Below are positions 61,857 through 64,000 of a stretch of 64,000 nucleotides of DNA, piece by piece. Position 1 is the first letter of the stretch; the number at the start of each line of letters is the position of its first letter. The translations under genes and the position numbers were made by a program. Under the pieces are notes generated by a model that saw nothing but the letters and a program-made list of their open reading frames with translations, did not search any database and was not told the DNA's origin. Source of the DNA: Gammaproteobacteria bacterium (GTDB taxonomy: Bacteria > Pseudomonadota > Gammaproteobacteria > Eutrophobiales > Eutrophobiaceae); assembly GCA_965215365.1 (NCBI GenBank), contig CBDCDS010000003.1, forward strand, positions 2,208,001 to 2,272,000, given 5' to 3'.

Positions 61857-64000
61857 CCATGAAGAACACAACGCCCGGCAACGGTTTTAAGGTGCTCGGC
61901 AGCTCGCCGCTACGCCCGGATGGTCTGGACAAGGTGACGGGACAGGCGCAGTTCGCCGATGATTTTCACTTGCCGAACATGTTGCACGGCAAGATACTGC
62001 GCAGTCCTCATGCCCATGCGCGCATCCTGTCCATCGACACCCGCGCGGCGACGGCGCGGCCCGGCGTGCACGCGGTCGTGACCGGGGCCGACTTCCCCGC
62101 GGTGCGGCACGAATTGCTGGACCAGGGCGCCGCCGGTGTGCTTAATCTCAGCGAGATGTCCGAGAACTGTATGGCCCGGGACAAAGCGCTGTATGACGGT
62201 CATGCCGTGGCCGCGGTGGCCGCGGACAACCCACATGATGCGGAACTGGCCGCCAACCTGATACAGGTGCAATACGAGTTGTTGCCGCCGGTGATGAACG
62301 TGCGCGCGGCCATGGCTGAAGAGGCTCCGGTCATCCACGAGAACTTTCATCCGGGTGCCTTTATTGCGCCGACAGAAAAGTATCTGCCCAATGCCAGCCG
62401 TATCCAACTGGGCCACGGCGACCTAGAGCAGGGCTTCGCCGCGGCGGAGCGGGTGCTGGAGCGGGAATACACGACCGAGACTATCCACCAGGGTTATATC
62501 GAAGGCCACATCACCACGGTGAACTGGGACAGCAACGATTGCGTGAACGTATGGACGGCCACCCAGGGTCAGTTCGCGCTGCGCGACCATCTGGCCGACA
62601 TCATCCGGGTGCCTGTCAGCAATATCAATGTCACGCCGTTGGAGATCGGCGGCGGCTTCGGCGGCAAGGAACGGTTATATATCGACCCGGTCGCAGCCCT
62701 GCTTTCGAAGCAGGCGCAGCGTCCGGTCAAGATCGCCATGCGCCGCGACGAGGTGTTGCGCGCCACCGGCCCGAGCTCCGGCACCTATATCAGGCTCAAG
62801 TTCGGCGTTAACCGGGACGGCATATTGACGGCGGCCCACCTGCACCTGGCTTACGAGGCCGGTGCCTATGCCGGCGGTCCGCTGTTCCTAGCCATCATGT
62901 CCGCCACCTCGCGCTACAACATTCCCAATATCCATGTCGATGGCTTCGACGTGATCGTCAACAAACCCACCATGCGCCCTTACCGCGCGCCGGGCGCGCC
63001 GCAAGCCCTGTTTGCGGTGGAACAGATGATGGACGAGCTGGCCTGTGAACTGCACCTGGACCCCATCGAATTCCGTATGCGCAATCTCATGCGCAGCGGC
63101 GACCGCTTGCTGCCAGGTCTGCCGCTGGCACCCATAGATACGGAAAAAATGCTCACAACCGTCAAGGCGCACCCGCATTATCAGGCACCGCCGCCGCCAG
63201 GCCCGAACCGCGGCCGCGGTCTGGCCTACAGTATGTGGTTCAACATCGGGGAGATTTCCAGCGCGCACATGCAGGTCAACCCGGACGGCTCTGTGACCCT
63301 GGCCACCGCCAGCCCCGACCTGAGCGGCACCCGTATTTCCCTGGCCATGCAGGCCGCAGAAATGCTGGGGATAACGGTGCAACAGGTTTCCTGTTCGGTA
63401 GCTGATACCCGCGCCATCGGTTTTTCTCTGCCTTCGGTGGGCAGCCGCACCACCTACAGCACCGGCGCGGTAGTGTGCGAAGTGGCGCAGGACATACTGC
63501 AACAGCTGTGCGCGCGGGCGGCATTGCTGTGGGAGACGCAAGCCGACCAGGTGAGTGTCGAAAACGGTATCTTCAGCAACCAGACTGATCCCGAACAGAC
63601 TTTTACCTTTAAGGAACTGGCGGCGCGCATGTTCGAGACCGGCGGTCCCATCAGCTGCCACAAGACCGGTCACACCCAGAGTTTCATCCCCGGCACGGCC
63701 GTGCACCTGGTGGATGTGGAAGTGGACCCCGACACCGGCAAGGTGGAGCTGCTGCGCTACACGATCTTCCAGGATGTGGGCAAAGCGGTGCACCCGGATT
63801 ACGTGGCCGGCCAACTGCAGGGCGCCGCAGTACAGGGCATCGGCATGGCGCTGAACGAAGAATATTGCTATGACGAGCAGGGGCATCTTAAAAACGCCAG
63901 CCTGCTCGATTACCGCCTGCCGACCGCGCTGGATGTGCCCATGCTTGAGACCGTGATACTGGAGTCACCCAACCCCGCCCACCCGTTCGGCGTGCGCGGC
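61853..64000 (+). CDS. Xanthine dehydrogenase-family molybdopterin-binding subunit (runs off the window edge)
   Basis: Manual reading: DKVTGQAQF, LRSPHAHA, HQGYIE, IGGGFGGK, YRAPG, GSRTT, VEVDPDTG, GQLQGAAVQGIG. Confidence 0.92.
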   Translation, partial: MTMKNTTPGNGFKVLGSSPLRPDGLDKVTGQAQFADDFHLPNMLHGKILRSPHAHARILSIDTRAATARPGVHAVVTGADFPAVRHELLDQGAAGVLNLSEMSENCMARDKALYDGHAVAAVAADNPHDAELAANLIQVQYELLPPVMNVRAAMAEEAPVIHENFHPGAFIAPTEKYLPNASRIQLGHGDLEQGFAAAERVLEREYTTETIHQGYIEGHITTVNWDSNDCVNVWTATQGQFALRDHLADIIRVPVSNINVTPLEIGGGFGGKERLYIDPVAALLSKQAQRPVKIAMRRDEVLRATGPSSGTYIRLKFGVNRDGILTAAHLHLAYEAGAYAGGPLFLAIMSATSRYNIPNIHVDGFDVIVNKPTMRPYRAPGAPQALFAVEQMMDELACELHLDPIEFRMRNLMRSGDRLLPGLPLAPIDTEKMLTTVKAHPHYQAPPPPGPNRGRGLAYSMWFNIGEISSAHMQVNPDGSVTLATASPDLSGTRISLAMQAAEMLGITVQQVSCSVADTRAIGFSLPSVGSRTTYSTGAVVCEVAQDILQQLCARAALLWETQADQVSVENGIFSNQTDPEQTFTFKELAARMFETGGPISCHKTGHTQSFIPGTAVHLVDVEVDPDTGKVELLRYTIFQDVGKAVHPDYVAGQLQGAAVQGIGMALNEEYCYDEQGHLKNASLLDYRLPTALDVPMLETVILESPNPAHPFGVRG

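Overview
Chromosomal window of a Gammaproteobacterium, judged from ribosomal proteins, tmRNA and the rph-yicC layout. The many Calx-beta/FN3 adhesin domains, AAA_14/DUF4143 ATPases, TA modules and small coiled-coil proteins suggest a host-associated lineage such as a sponge symbiont (inference). Core blocks: a porin; an aorABC-moaD tungsten-type aldehyde oxidoreductase operon divergent from PQQ-alcohol-dehydrogenase accessory genes; tRNA-Thr; tmRNA; the str-S10-spc-alpha ribosomal cluster (no tuf between fusA and rpsJ); a serine-cycle operon (sgaA-mcl-mtkAB-hpr); rdgB-rph-yicC; purine catabolism (uraD, puuE, alc, PRTase); and an XDH/CoxMSL-family molybdoenzyme. Accessory content: vapBC; hipBA; a hicBA locus hit twice (a MITE, and an IS66-family element with an 8-bp TSD carrying a Dam-like methyltransferase); a ~9.5-kb island with heptad coiled-coil proteins, a giant adhesin/autotransporter-like gene behind an 8-nt SSR that currently reads out of frame, and an RTX protein; four solitary AAA_14/DUF4143 ATPase-nuclease genes, three with their own distinct palindrome; a dispersed hairpin/MITE repeat family at accessory-gene junctions; and a structured ~200-nt RNA candidate with a terminator upstream of the serine-cycle operon. 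All calls come from reading the sequence and ORF track; no searches were run.
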